NCBI GenBank assembly: GCA_030429865.1
Contig: JAUIFX010000002.1
Span: 1 to 62,903, forward strand
From: Gammaproteobacteria bacterium
GTDB taxonomy: Bacteria > Pseudomonadota > Gammaproteobacteria > Ga0077536
DNA length: 62,903 nt
Direction of reading: 5' to 3'
This document shows positions 50,265 to 58,600 of the stretch, in pieces. Position 1 is the stretch's first letter. Each line of letters starts with the position of its first letter. The notes under the pieces are model-generated. The model was not told where the DNA came from. It worked only from the letters and a program-made list of their open reading frames with translations, and ran no database searches. Both the position numbers and the translations under genes were made by a program.

Positions 50265-51644
50265 ATGGTACCCGATGCGCCGGGGCGCCGCGCGGCTCGC
50301 GCGAATGCCGGCGGGCGGGTGCACGTGACCGGCCAGCCCCGCCGGCGTGAGCCGTCCAGCGTGCGCGCGGCCCCGCGCGCCGTGCCGCGTGGGCGCGCGC
50401 GGCTCGCCTGGTACGGGCCGGCGCTGGTCTGGATGGTCTCGGCAGTGGGCTCGGGCTCGGTGCTGTTCACACCGCGCGCCTGCATGTGGATCATGATTCG
50501 CGAGGCCGCGCGCTACACCACGGTCACCGGCCGCACCCTGCTCGACGGCTTCGGCCGGCTGCCGGGCCCGCGCGGCTGGGCCCTGTGGGTGATCTTCGTC
50601 CCGCAGCTCGTCGCCGCGGTCGTCGGCGTGGCGGGGCTGAGCGCGCTGGTCGGCAGCGCCGGAAGCGTCGCGCTGGGCGGCCCGCACTGGCTCTACACGC
50701 TGGGCCTCCTGGGCGCCGCTTCGGGCATCGTCGCGTTCGGCGAGTACGACGCGCTCGAACGCGCCAGCCGCTACATGGCGATGATCCTGATCGCGCTCAG
50801 CGTCGCCGCCGCGCTCAGCGTGCTGCCGCCTCCCGCCACGCTCGCCGCCGGGCTCGTGCCACGGATCCCGGCTGACTTCGAACTCGCTTTCGTGCTGCCC
50901 TGGGTCGGCACCATCCTGGCTGGTTCGATGGGTATCGTGTGGTTCGCCTACTGGACCGCGACGCACGGCTACGGCGGCGCCAGCGCGCTGTCGGGCGAGC
51001 ACCGCGAGGACAACGCGCAGGACGATGCCGGCACGGCCGAGGCGGTTCACGAGCGCCTGGCCGGCTGGCTGCGCCTGGTCTCGCGCGCCGCGCTCGCGGC
51101 CGTCGTCGGCGGGGCCTGCGTGATCGTCGCGTTCAATGTCCTCGGCGCCGAGTTGCTCGCGCCGCGCGGCCTGGTCCCGGCCGGCACCGATGTCGCCCGT
51201 GACCTCGCCCGCCTGCTCGAAGGCGTGTGGGGGGCGTTCGGCTTCTGGGCCCTGATCGTGCTGACCGTGTTCGCGCTCGGCGGCAGCGTGATGGCGAACC
51301 AGGACGGCTGGTCGCGCAGCTTCGCCGACATCACGCTGCTGCTGCTCGGTACGCGGGCGCGGCCGGCCTGGCTCACGCGGCGCAATCTCAAGCGTGCCTA
51401 TGCCCTGGGCGTGACGGGAGCCGCGCCGGCGGCGGTCTACCTGACCGTGCGCGACCCGGTCGCGATCATGTCCTGGTCGGGTGTCGTGGCGGCGGCGCAC
51501 ACGCCGTTCATCGTCGCGCTGATCCTGTTGGTCAACCGGGCACACCTGCCGCGGGGCCTGGCGCCCGGCCGCCTGGCAAGCGCTTGCCTGGCCACGGCCG
51601 GGCTCTTCTATCTCGGCGTCTCTCTCATGCGCCTGGCGGTGTGA
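50265..51644 (+). CDS. Nramp-like divalent metal transporter (divergent; start uncertain)
   Basis: YGPALVWMVSAVGSGSVLF resembles the Nramp TM1 motif. REAARYTTVTGRTLLDGF and NQDGWSRSFADI resemble distant Nramp-family members. See the finding on a possible missing segment. Confidence 0.6.
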   Translation: MVPDAPGRRAARANAGGRVHVTGQPRRREPSSVRAAPRAVPRGRARLAWYGPALVWMVSAVGSGSVLFTPRACMWIMIREAARYTTVTGRTLLDGFGRLPGPRGWALWVIFVPQLVAAVVGVAGLSALVGSAGSVALGGPHWLYTLGLLGAASGIVAFGEYDALERASRYMAMILIALSVAAALSVLPPPATLAAGLVPRIPADFELAFVLPWVGTILAGSMGIVWFAYWTATHGYGGASALSGEHREDNAQDDAGTAEAVHERLAGWLRLVSRAALAAVVGGACVIVAFNVLGAELLAPRGLVPAGTDVARDLARLLEGVWGAFGFWALIVLTVFALGGSVMANQDGWSRSFADITLLLLGTRARPAWLTRRNLKRAYALGVTGAAPAAVYLTVRDPVAIMSWSGVVAAAHTPFIVALILLVNRAHLPRGLAPGRLASACLATAGLFYLGVSLMRLAV

Positions 51645-51655
51645 CAAGCGCCGCC

Positions 51656-51673
51656 GTGACACAACTGTGACAC
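51656..51673 (+). promoter_or_regulatory. direct repeat GTGACAC-N4-GTGACAC, candidate OmpR/PhoB-type response-regulator box
   Basis: Two identical heptamers with an 11-bp period lie 58-75 nt upstream of the hemA-like ATG. A third GTGACA sits at 51641-51646. Confidence 0.3.
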
Positions 51674-51730
51674 GCAGGCGGCGGCGGTTTGCTATCTGTA
51701 AGCGCGTACTCCAATGGAACGGGCAGCGCC

Positions 51731-53059
51731 ATGCTGGAACGATTGGGCATGATCGGCGCCTCGTGGCGCCGCGGCGGCAGCGAGTCACTCGCCGGGTTCA
51801 GCCTGCCAACCGAGCAGCGCGAAGCGCGCCTGGCTGATTTCGCCGACGCGCACGGTCTCGCCGAGATCGTCTACATCGGCACCTGCAACCGGGTCGAGCT
51901 GGTCTTCGTACATGCCGACGCGGTCGCGGCATCGACCGATTTGCGCGCGGCCGCGTGGGAACTGCTGACGGGTACGCGCAGCACGCCGGGCGAAGCCAGG
52001 CGCCATCTCCGCGCCTGGGCCGGAGAGGGTGCCCTGGAACACCTCTTCCTCGTCACCGCCGCCCTCGATTCGGCGTGTCTCGGCGAAGCCGAGATTGCCG
52101 GCCAGGTACGCGCCGCCCATGACGCCGCCCGCGAACACGCACTCAGCGGCAAGGCCCTGGACCCCGTCTTCGAGGCGGCGTTCCGGGTCGGCGCGCAAGT
52201 GCGCACCGAGACGGCACTCGCGAGCGGACGCGTTTCACTCGCCGAGATCGCGGCCGACGAGCTCGCCGTCCAGCAGCGCGCGTGCGGGGGGCGGATCGCC
52301 CTCGTCGGGGTTTCGCCGATGACCGAGAAAGCCGCAGCCGCGCTGGCCACGCGTGACATACCGCTGCTCATCGTCAACCGCACGGCAGCCCGCGCGGCGG
52401 CTCTCGCCGGGCGCCACGGCGCGCAGAGCATGCTTCTCGACGATTTTCGCCGCGAGGGTGCCCGTGACGTCTGCGCGCTCCTCAGCGCCACGGGGGCCCC
52501 GAATGCCGTCGTCGGGCGCGCCGCACTCGAACGCCTGCAGGCACTCGCCCCACGTGACACCCTCCTCGTCGTCGACATGGCCGTACCACCGGATGTCGCG
52601 CCGGAGGCCTGCCGCGCACTCGGCCTGCGGCGGATCGGGATGGACGACATCGCCGCGGTGGCGGCCCGTAATCGCGGCGCCCGCCAACGCGAGGCGGCCA
52701 CTGCGCGGGAGATCGTCGACGAGGCATTGACGACGTTCATCGCGACGCAGGCGGAGCGCCGCTACGGCACGCTGATCGGCAACCTGCAACGGCGCTACCA
52801 GCACACGGCCGAGAGCGGTGTGGAGCGCCTGCTCGGCCGGGAGCTCGCCGGGCTCGGCGAAGCGGAGCGCGATGCCGTGCGGCGCTGGGCACGGGTACTG
52901 GCCCGCCGCTTCGCACATATTCCCTGCGTGGGTCTGCGCGGCTTGCTGCGCGACGGCCCGGATGGCGCGCTCGAAGCGTTCGTCGGCGGTCTCGATCCCG
53001 AGCTTGCCGACGAGTTGTTCGCTGCCCCGCGGCACGCGCCGACGGAGGCGCGGGGATGA
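51731..53059 (+). CDS. glutamyl-tRNA reductase homologue (divergent)
   Basis: GTCNRVEL (catalytic Cys motif), HLFLVTAALDSACLGEAEIAGQVR, QVRTETAL, IVNRTAARA and VVDMAVPPDV are collinear with HemA. NHKTAP is replaced by GASWRRGG, and GAGEM is replaced by GVSPM. Confidence 0.75.
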   Translation: MLERLGMIGASWRRGGSESLAGFSLPTEQREARLADFADAHGLAEIVYIGTCNRVELVFVHADAVAASTDLRAAAWELLTGTRSTPGEARRHLRAWAGEGALEHLFLVTAALDSACLGEAEIAGQVRAAHDAAREHALSGKALDPVFEAAFRVGAQVRTETALASGRVSLAEIAADELAVQQRACGGRIALVGVSPMTEKAAAALATRDIPLLIVNRTAARAAALAGRHGAQSMLLDDFRREGARDVCALLSATGAPNAVVGRAALERLQALAPRDTLLVVDMAVPPDVAPEACRALGLRRIGMDDIAAVAARNRGARQREAATAREIVDEALTTFIATQAERRYGTLIGNLQRRYQHTAESGVERLLGRELAGLGEAERDAVRRWARVLARRFAHIPCVGLRGLLRDGPDGALEAFVGGLDPELADELFAAPRHAPTEARG

Positions 53060-54189
53060 GCACACGGCCACTCGCCGCTAACATGGCAGGGCGTTTCCGT
53101 TCCCGGCGGGGCGAACCCATGGCGCTCAAGCGAGATTATGCCAAGCTGCTGCAGATCGTCTTCGTCATCCTGCTCGTGGTGTGCTCGGCACAGGTCGCGT
53201 GGTGGATCGGCGAGAACCTGCATTACGCGGAAACGACGACGGCGCGCCTGGAGGGGCTTTACCGCGACCTCGCTCGCAGCCACGCCGGGCGCAGCGCGGA
53301 GTCCCTGCCCGCTTACCTGGCGGTCGACGCCACCAGCGGCGAAATCGGCGTATCTCCTGACGTGCTCGAGGCCCTGCGAACCACCGGTGATGCCCGCGCA
53401 AGGCGCTACTACTGGGAAGGCGGCTTCTTCCTGGTGGTCTTGATCAGCGGCATGGCCGTGGTCTCGGCAGCGATCCGCCACGACGCCGCGCTGCGCCGGC
53501 GCCAGCAGAACTTCCTGGCCGGCGTCTCCCACGAGTTCAAGAGTCCGCTGGCCAGCATCCGGCTCGCCGCCGAGTCACTTGCCCGGCGGGGCAGTGCCAG
53601 CGACACCGCTCGCTGGACCCCGCGCATCATCGCCGACTGCGAGCGCCTCCTGCGCACCGTGGACAACCTGCTCGACACCGCGCGCCTGGAGGACGGCCGG
53701 CACCTCGTCACCGCGCGGCGGGTCGTGCTCAGCACCGCCATCGACCAGGCGATCGACGAACAGTCGGCACGTGCCTCGCGCGATGGCATCGCCCTCGCGC
53801 AGGAGGTCGATGATCCCGGACTCGCGCTGGACGTCGACCCGGAAGCGCTGGCAAGCATCCTGCGCAACCTGATCGACAACGGCATCAAAGCCTGCGTGGC
53901 CGGCGACGGCTCGGCGGTCACCGTGTCCGTGGACAGCGAACAGGGTCCCGTTACGCTTCGCGTGAGTGACGACGGCATGGGGTTCCCGCCCTCCGAAGCG
54001 GCGCTGTTGTTCGAGAAGTTCTACCGCGTGGGGGACGAACGCCAGCGACGCACGAGCGGCAGCGGGCTCGGCCTCTACCTGGTGCTGCGGTTGACGCAGA
54101 TGTCGGGGGCGCGTGTCCATGCCGACAGTGCCGGGCCCGGACGCGGTGCGACGATCACGGTGCGCTGGCCACCGGAGCGACGCGCGTGA
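53056..54189 (+). CDS. sensor histidine kinase (two TM helices, roughly 75-aa periplasmic loop)
   Basis: H-box SHEFKSPL, N-box LRNLIDNGIKA, G1 DDGMGF, G2 GSGLGL. ATG at 53056 overlaps the hemA-like stop (ATGA). An alternative ATG is at 53119. Confidence 0.85.
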   Translation: MSTRPLAANMAGRFRSRRGEPMALKRDYAKLLQIVFVILLVVCSAQVAWWIGENLHYAETTTARLEGLYRDLARSHAGRSAESLPAYLAVDATSGEIGVSPDVLEALRTTGDARARRYYWEGGFFLVVLISGMAVVSAAIRHDAALRRRQQNFLAGVSHEFKSPLASIRLAAESLARRGSASDTARWTPRIIADCERLLRTVDNLLDTARLEDGRHLVTARRVVLSTAIDQAIDEQSARASRDGIALAQEVDDPGLALDVDPEALASILRNLIDNGIKACVAGDGSAVTVSVDSEQGPVTLRVSDDGMGFPPSEAALLFEKFYRVGDERQRRTSGSGLGLYLVLRLTQMSGARVHADSAGPGRGATITVRWPPERRA

Positions 54190-54917
54190 CCAGCCGCGCG
54201 GAGATCCTGGTCGTCGACGACGAGGTCCATCTCGCCGAGGGTATCGGCGAGAACCTGGCAGCCGAAGGCTACGCGGTGCGCATCGCCCATGACGGCGCGG
54301 AGGGACTCGCCGCGGCGCTCGCCGAGCCGCCGGATCTGATCGTGCTCGACGTCATGATGCCGCATCTCGACGGTATCGAAGTCTGTGCTCGCCTGCGCGC
54401 GGCCGGGCTCGACACGCCGGTGCTGTTCCTGACCGTCAAGGCGGCCGCCGACGACCGCGTCGAAGGCCTCGAAGCCGGCGGCGACGATTACCTCGCCAAA
54501 CCGTTTCACCTCAAGGAGCTGTTGCTGCGCGTGGCGGCGATCCTGCGCCGCCGTACCTGGACTCCGGGGCGCCCGGGCACGCCGTTACGCTTTGGCGGCA
54601 ACGAGGTGGATTTCGCCACCTACCGCGCCCAGGCCTGGGACGGCCGCGAGCACGAGCTTCCCTACAAGGAGGCGATGATCCTGCGGCTGCTGAGCGACCA
54701 GGCAGGGTCGGTGGTGACCCGCGAGGACATCCTCGAACACGTCTGGGGCCAGGAAGTCTTTCCCTCGACGCGCACCGTGGACAACTTCATCGTCCGCCTG
54801 CGCAAGCGCTTCGAGCGCAACCCCGAACAACCCGTTCACATTCACACGGTGCGCGGCGTCGGCTACCGGCTGAGCACCGATCCGGACAGCGCCAGGGCGG
54901 CCGACGCCGCAATCTGA
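54186..54917 (+). CDS. OmpR/PhoB-family response regulator
   Basis: ILVVDDE, LIVLDVMMP, AKPF, winged helix TVRGVGYRL. The GTG overlaps the kinase stop (GTGA). Confidence 0.9.
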   Translation: MTSRAEILVVDDEVHLAEGIGENLAAEGYAVRIAHDGAEGLAAALAEPPDLIVLDVMMPHLDGIEVCARLRAAGLDTPVLFLTVKAAADDRVEGLEAGGDDYLAKPFHLKELLLRVAAILRRRTWTPGRPGTPLRFGGNEVDFATYRAQAWDGREHELPYKEAMILRLLSDQAGSVVTREDILEHVWGQEVFPSTRTVDNFIVRLRKRFERNPEQPVHIHTVRGVGYRLSTDPDSARAADAAI

Positions 54918-55047
54918 TCCCGGCCCGGATTCGGGACCGGGGCAGCGTGTATACTCCGCGCACCAGCCCCGTGCTGGCCTTCGCACGGTGGGCTCGCCGC
55001 GGTTTCCTCGCGCCACCGCGCTCTGCTGACAGTTCCCGGCCACCGAT

Positions 55048-56430
55048 GTGACTACCGACACCGAAAACCCGCAGCCAGACGTGACCCTCGTGCTCGATCT
55101 CGAGGGCGTCATCCAGCAGGTCAATCACTCGCCCGCGATTCCCGATTTCGACAGCACCGACTGGATTGGACGCGCCTGGACCGACACCGTCGAGGACGGC
55201 GGCGCGGAGAAGCTGCGGCGCCTGATCGATGACGCTTCCACGCAGGGCGTTTCGGCTTTCCGCCAGGTCAACCAGCGGTTCCCCGGCGGCAACGAGATTC
55301 TGATGGAGTACACGGCGGTGCGGCTCGACGACCGCGCCAGCCTGCTCGCGGTCGGCAAGAGCCTGCAGGCGGTCGCCCAGCTGCAGGAACGATTGGTCGC
55401 CGCACAGCAGGCGATGGAACGCGATTACTGGAAGCTGCGCCAGGTAGAGACCCGATACCAGCGTCTTTTCCAGTCGAGCAGCGAGGCCGTGCTGATCATC
55501 AGCCAACCGGATTGCCGCATCGTCGAAGCCAATCCGACCGCGGCCAGGGCCATCGATCATCAGGGCAAGCGTGGGCACGACGTGCAGGGACTGAGCTTCC
55601 TCGATGAACTCAATTCCGACGATCAGCGCGCGCTGCGTGCGTTGCTCGCGCGCGTGCTCGAGCAAGGTGCGGCCCCGGGGATCCTGGTCCACCTCGGACC
55701 GCAGCGCAGTTCGTGGATACTCCGCGCCGTGCCCATGACGACGGAACGCGGGCAGGGCTTTCTGCTGCAGATGACGGCCGGCGCCGGCAACGAACCCGCG
55801 CCACAGGAAACGCCGCAGCGTTTCTCGGTGGAAGCGCTGGTCGAGCGCATGGTCGACGCTTTCGTGATCACGGATGACGAAGGACAGGTCCTGTACGCCA
55901 ATCCCGCGTTCGCCGAACTGGCCCAGCTCAGCTCGGCCGGCGCCGCGCTCGGCAAACGCCTCTCGCGCTGGCTCGGCAACCCGGGCGCCGATGCCTCCAT
56001 CCTGCTCGCGAACGCTTTCCGGCACGGCTGCGTGCGCTTGCTCGGCACGACGCTGCATGGCGAACTCGGCGCGACCAGCGAGATCGAAATTTCGGCGGCG
56101 GTGGACGACCCGAATGCGCCGCACTTCTGTGCGCTGGCGCTACGCGACGTGGGCCGGCGCCTGCGCGCCAACGGCGAAGGCGCCGGACTCGGGTCGATAC
56201 TCGACGCACTGACCGAGCAGATCGGCAAGAAAGGCCTCAAGGATCTCGTTGCGGATGCGGTCGCGGTCGTCGAGCGGCATTACGTCGAGGCCGCGCTGCA
56301 GCTCACCAGCGGCAACCGGACCGCCGCGGCCGACGTGCTCGGCCTCAGCCGCCAAAGCCTCTACGCGAAGCTCAACCGCTACGGCCTGGACACGATTCCG
56401 GCGCGCAAGCCGAGCGATGATGAGAGCTGA
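55048..56430 (+). CDS. ppsR: photosynthesis gene repressor PpsR/CrtJ
   Basis: 460 aa. PAS repeats with the Q-linker-like MERDYWKLRQVETRYQRLFQSSSEAVLI. C-terminal Fis-type HTH NRTAAADVLGLSRQSLYAKLNRYGL. Confidence 0.85.
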   Translation: MTTDTENPQPDVTLVLDLEGVIQQVNHSPAIPDFDSTDWIGRAWTDTVEDGGAEKLRRLIDDASTQGVSAFRQVNQRFPGGNEILMEYTAVRLDDRASLLAVGKSLQAVAQLQERLVAAQQAMERDYWKLRQVETRYQRLFQSSSEAVLIISQPDCRIVEANPTAARAIDHQGKRGHDVQGLSFLDELNSDDQRALRALLARVLEQGAAPGILVHLGPQRSSWILRAVPMTTERGQGFLLQMTAGAGNEPAPQETPQRFSVEALVERMVDAFVITDDEGQVLYANPAFAELAQLSSAGAALGKRLSRWLGNPGADASILLANAFRHGCVRLLGTTLHGELGATSEIEISAAVDDPNAPHFCALALRDVGRRLRANGEGAGLGSILDALTEQIGKKGLKDLVADAVAVVERHYVEAALQLTSGNRTAAADVLGLSRQSLYAKLNRYGLDTIPARKPSDDES

Positions 56431-58600
56431 CGGCTCACCGCAGACGAATTCGACACCGGCATTTGGTAAAGCCGACCTATCGAACTGCGAGCGCGAGCAG
56501 ATCCATCTCGCCGGCGCCATTCAGCCGCATGGTGCCCTGCTCGCGCTGGACGCGGAAACGCTGCAGGTGCGGCAGGCCAGCAGCAACGCCATGGCGTTCC
56601 TGGATCTGCCCCGCGAACCACTGGGCGAGCACGTCGCCGCCCTGCCCGGCGACGTCGCCGATCAGATTGCACCCTGGCTCGATCGCGAACTGAGCGGGAT
56701 TCCCGTCGCCGTGCGCTGCCGCGTGGGCCTGTCCCGCGGGCACTACGACTGCCTGCTGCACCGCGCCCATGCCCGGATCATCGTGCTCGAGTTCGAACGC
56801 GCAGAGCGCTCGGAGCTGCGCTCCGGCACGCTGCGTGACGCGCTCGAGCGCATCGCCCAGGCGTCCTCGCTGACGGCGCTGAGCGAGAACACCGCGAAGA
56901 TTTTCCGGCAGCTGACCGGCTACGACCGGGTCATGATCTACCGCTTCGACGAGGCAGGACACGGCGAAGTCTTCGCCGAGAGCCGGGTGGACGAGCTGGA
57001 ACCCCTGCTCGGCAATCGATACCCGGCATCCGACATCCCGCAGATCGCGCGGAAACTCTACGAACGCAATCGTGTCCGCCTGCTCAGCGACGTCCACAGC
57101 GAACAAGTCCCCCTCGTGCCGCCGCGCAACCCGGTCACCGACGCCGAGCTCGACATGTCCCTGTGCACCCTGCGCAGCATGTCGCCCATCCACGTGCAGT
57201 ACCTGAGGAACATGGGTGTCTCGGGCACGCTAGTCGCCTCCCTGATGGTCGGCGGACGCCTGTGGGGCCTGATCTCCTGTCACCACTACGAGCCGCGCTT
57301 CGTGGATTACGAGATGCGTGCGCAGTGCGAGCTCCTCGCGGAAGCCGTGAGTACGCGGATTGCCGCCCTGGACAGCTTCGTGCAGGCGCGCGCCGAGCTC
57401 TCGGTACGGCGCATCGAACAACACATGCGCGCCGCCACGCGACAGCATGGCGACTGGCGGGCAGCCCTGTTCGACAGCGCCGAGCCGTTGCTATGGCCGC
57501 TCGGGGCAGCCGGCGCAGCAATGTTGTTCGAAGGGCAGGTCCACACGGTGGGCGAAGTGCCGGCGACCGAACACCTGCGCGACCTCGCCGCCTGGCTGGA
57601 TACGCGGCCGCGCGCCGCGATCTACAGCACGGCTTCGCTGGGCGCCGAGGAAGCACGCTTCGGCGCCCTCTCGCCCATACTGTGCGGGCTGCTCGCGGCA
57701 CCGATTTCGCGCACCCCGGGAGAATACCTGCTCTGGGTGCGGCCGGAACGGGTACGAACGGAGGTGTGGGGCGGAAATCCTAACGAGCCCGTCATCGTCG
57801 GCGACGACCCCGCGGATTTGTCGCCGCGACGCTCGTTCGCCAAGTGGCACGAGCTGGTCCGCGGCACCGCCGATCCGTGGAGCGAAGCCGATCTCACCGC
57901 CGCCAATCTGATCGCGGGCTCGGTAGCCGACGTCATCAACCAGTTTCGCTCGGTGCGCGCGCTGATCGTGCGCGACCAGCTCGAGGAACTTCACAGCCAG
58001 GTGCGCGGCGCCGAACAGCCCATACTGATCTGTGATGCCGAGGGCAACGTTCTGCTCGTCAACCACGCGATGTTGCAGCTGCTGCCGTCACCCGACGACC
58101 CGCCGCAGCACCTGCTCGAGCTCGCCGCACCCTTCATCGATCACGATGCCGCTCGAGCCTGTCTCGATGCGCTGTTGCGTGCCCGTCAGCCATGGCACGC
58201 GGAGGTCGAGTGCCAGGCCCGGGATGGCGACGCACTGCCCCTGCTGGTGCGCGCCGATCCGGTGATCTCGCCGCGCCAGAAGCTACTCGGCTTCGTCGTG
58301 CTGTTTACCGACATCTCGGTGCAGAAGAACGCCGAGCGTGCCCGCGCGCGCTTCCAGGAACGCATCATCGATCGCAGCGCGCTTTCCCGATTGCGCCTCA
58401 CTAACGAAGGTGACGCGCAGTTTCGCAAGTTGATGTCCGTAATAGTCGATAACGCTCAACTCGCTGCCCTCGAAATTACCGACGGCCTCAATCCGCAGCG
58501 CATGCCGGGCATGCTCGACGGCGTGCAAGCGAGCGTCGCACGCTCCACCGAGCTGCTCGAGATCCTGCTGCGCCATGCCTCCCGCTCAGCGCGAAGCTGA
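56417..58600 (+). CDS. bphP: bacteriophytochrome without a histidine-kinase output (PAS-GAF-PHY-PAS plus helical tail)
   Basis: Biliverdin Cys in DLSNCEREQIHLAGAIQPHG. Also RVMIYRFD, YPASDIPQIARKLY, SPIHVQYLRNMGV, and the PHY tongue WGGNPNEP...PRRSFAKW. No H/N/G1/G2 kinase boxes in the C-terminal 230 aa. Confidence 0.9.
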   Translation: MMRADGSPQTNSTPAFGKADLSNCEREQIHLAGAIQPHGALLALDAETLQVRQASSNAMAFLDLPREPLGEHVAALPGDVADQIAPWLDRELSGIPVAVRCRVGLSRGHYDCLLHRAHARIIVLEFERAERSELRSGTLRDALERIAQASSLTALSENTAKIFRQLTGYDRVMIYRFDEAGHGEVFAESRVDELEPLLGNRYPASDIPQIARKLYERNRVRLLSDVHSEQVPLVPPRNPVTDAELDMSLCTLRSMSPIHVQYLRNMGVSGTLVASLMVGGRLWGLISCHHYEPRFVDYEMRAQCELLAEAVSTRIAALDSFVQARAELSVRRIEQHMRAATRQHGDWRAALFDSAEPLLWPLGAAGAAMLFEGQVHTVGEVPATEHLRDLAAWLDTRPRAAIYSTASLGAEEARFGALSPILCGLLAAPISRTPGEYLLWVRPERVRTEVWGGNPNEPVIVGDDPADLSPRRSFAKWHELVRGTADPWSEADLTAANLIAGSVADVINQFRSVRALIVRDQLEELHSQVRGAEQPILICDAEGNVLLVNHAMLQLLPSPDDPPQHLLELAAPFIDHDAARACLDALLRARQPWHAEVECQARDGDALPLLVRADPVISPRQKLLGFVVLFTDISVQKNAERARARFQERIIDRSALSRLRLTNEGDAQFRKLMSVIVDNAQLAALEITDGLNPQRMPGMLDGVQASVARSTELLEILLRHASRSARS

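Noticed and set aside
50265-51644. Calling the Nramp-like gene a pseudogene
   Set aside because: The frame is uninterrupted for 459 codons. The suspected missing helix rests on remembered alignments only, so it is kept as a CDS with a flagged uncertainty.
51600-55047. PpsR boxes (TGT-N12-ACA) upstream of the hemA-like operon and of ppsR
   Set aside because: Manual scanning of 51630-51730 and 54918-55047 found only near-misses, for example TGT-N12-CCA at 54948-54965 and TGT-N12-CAA at 51696-51713. There is no exact palindrome, so no site is called.
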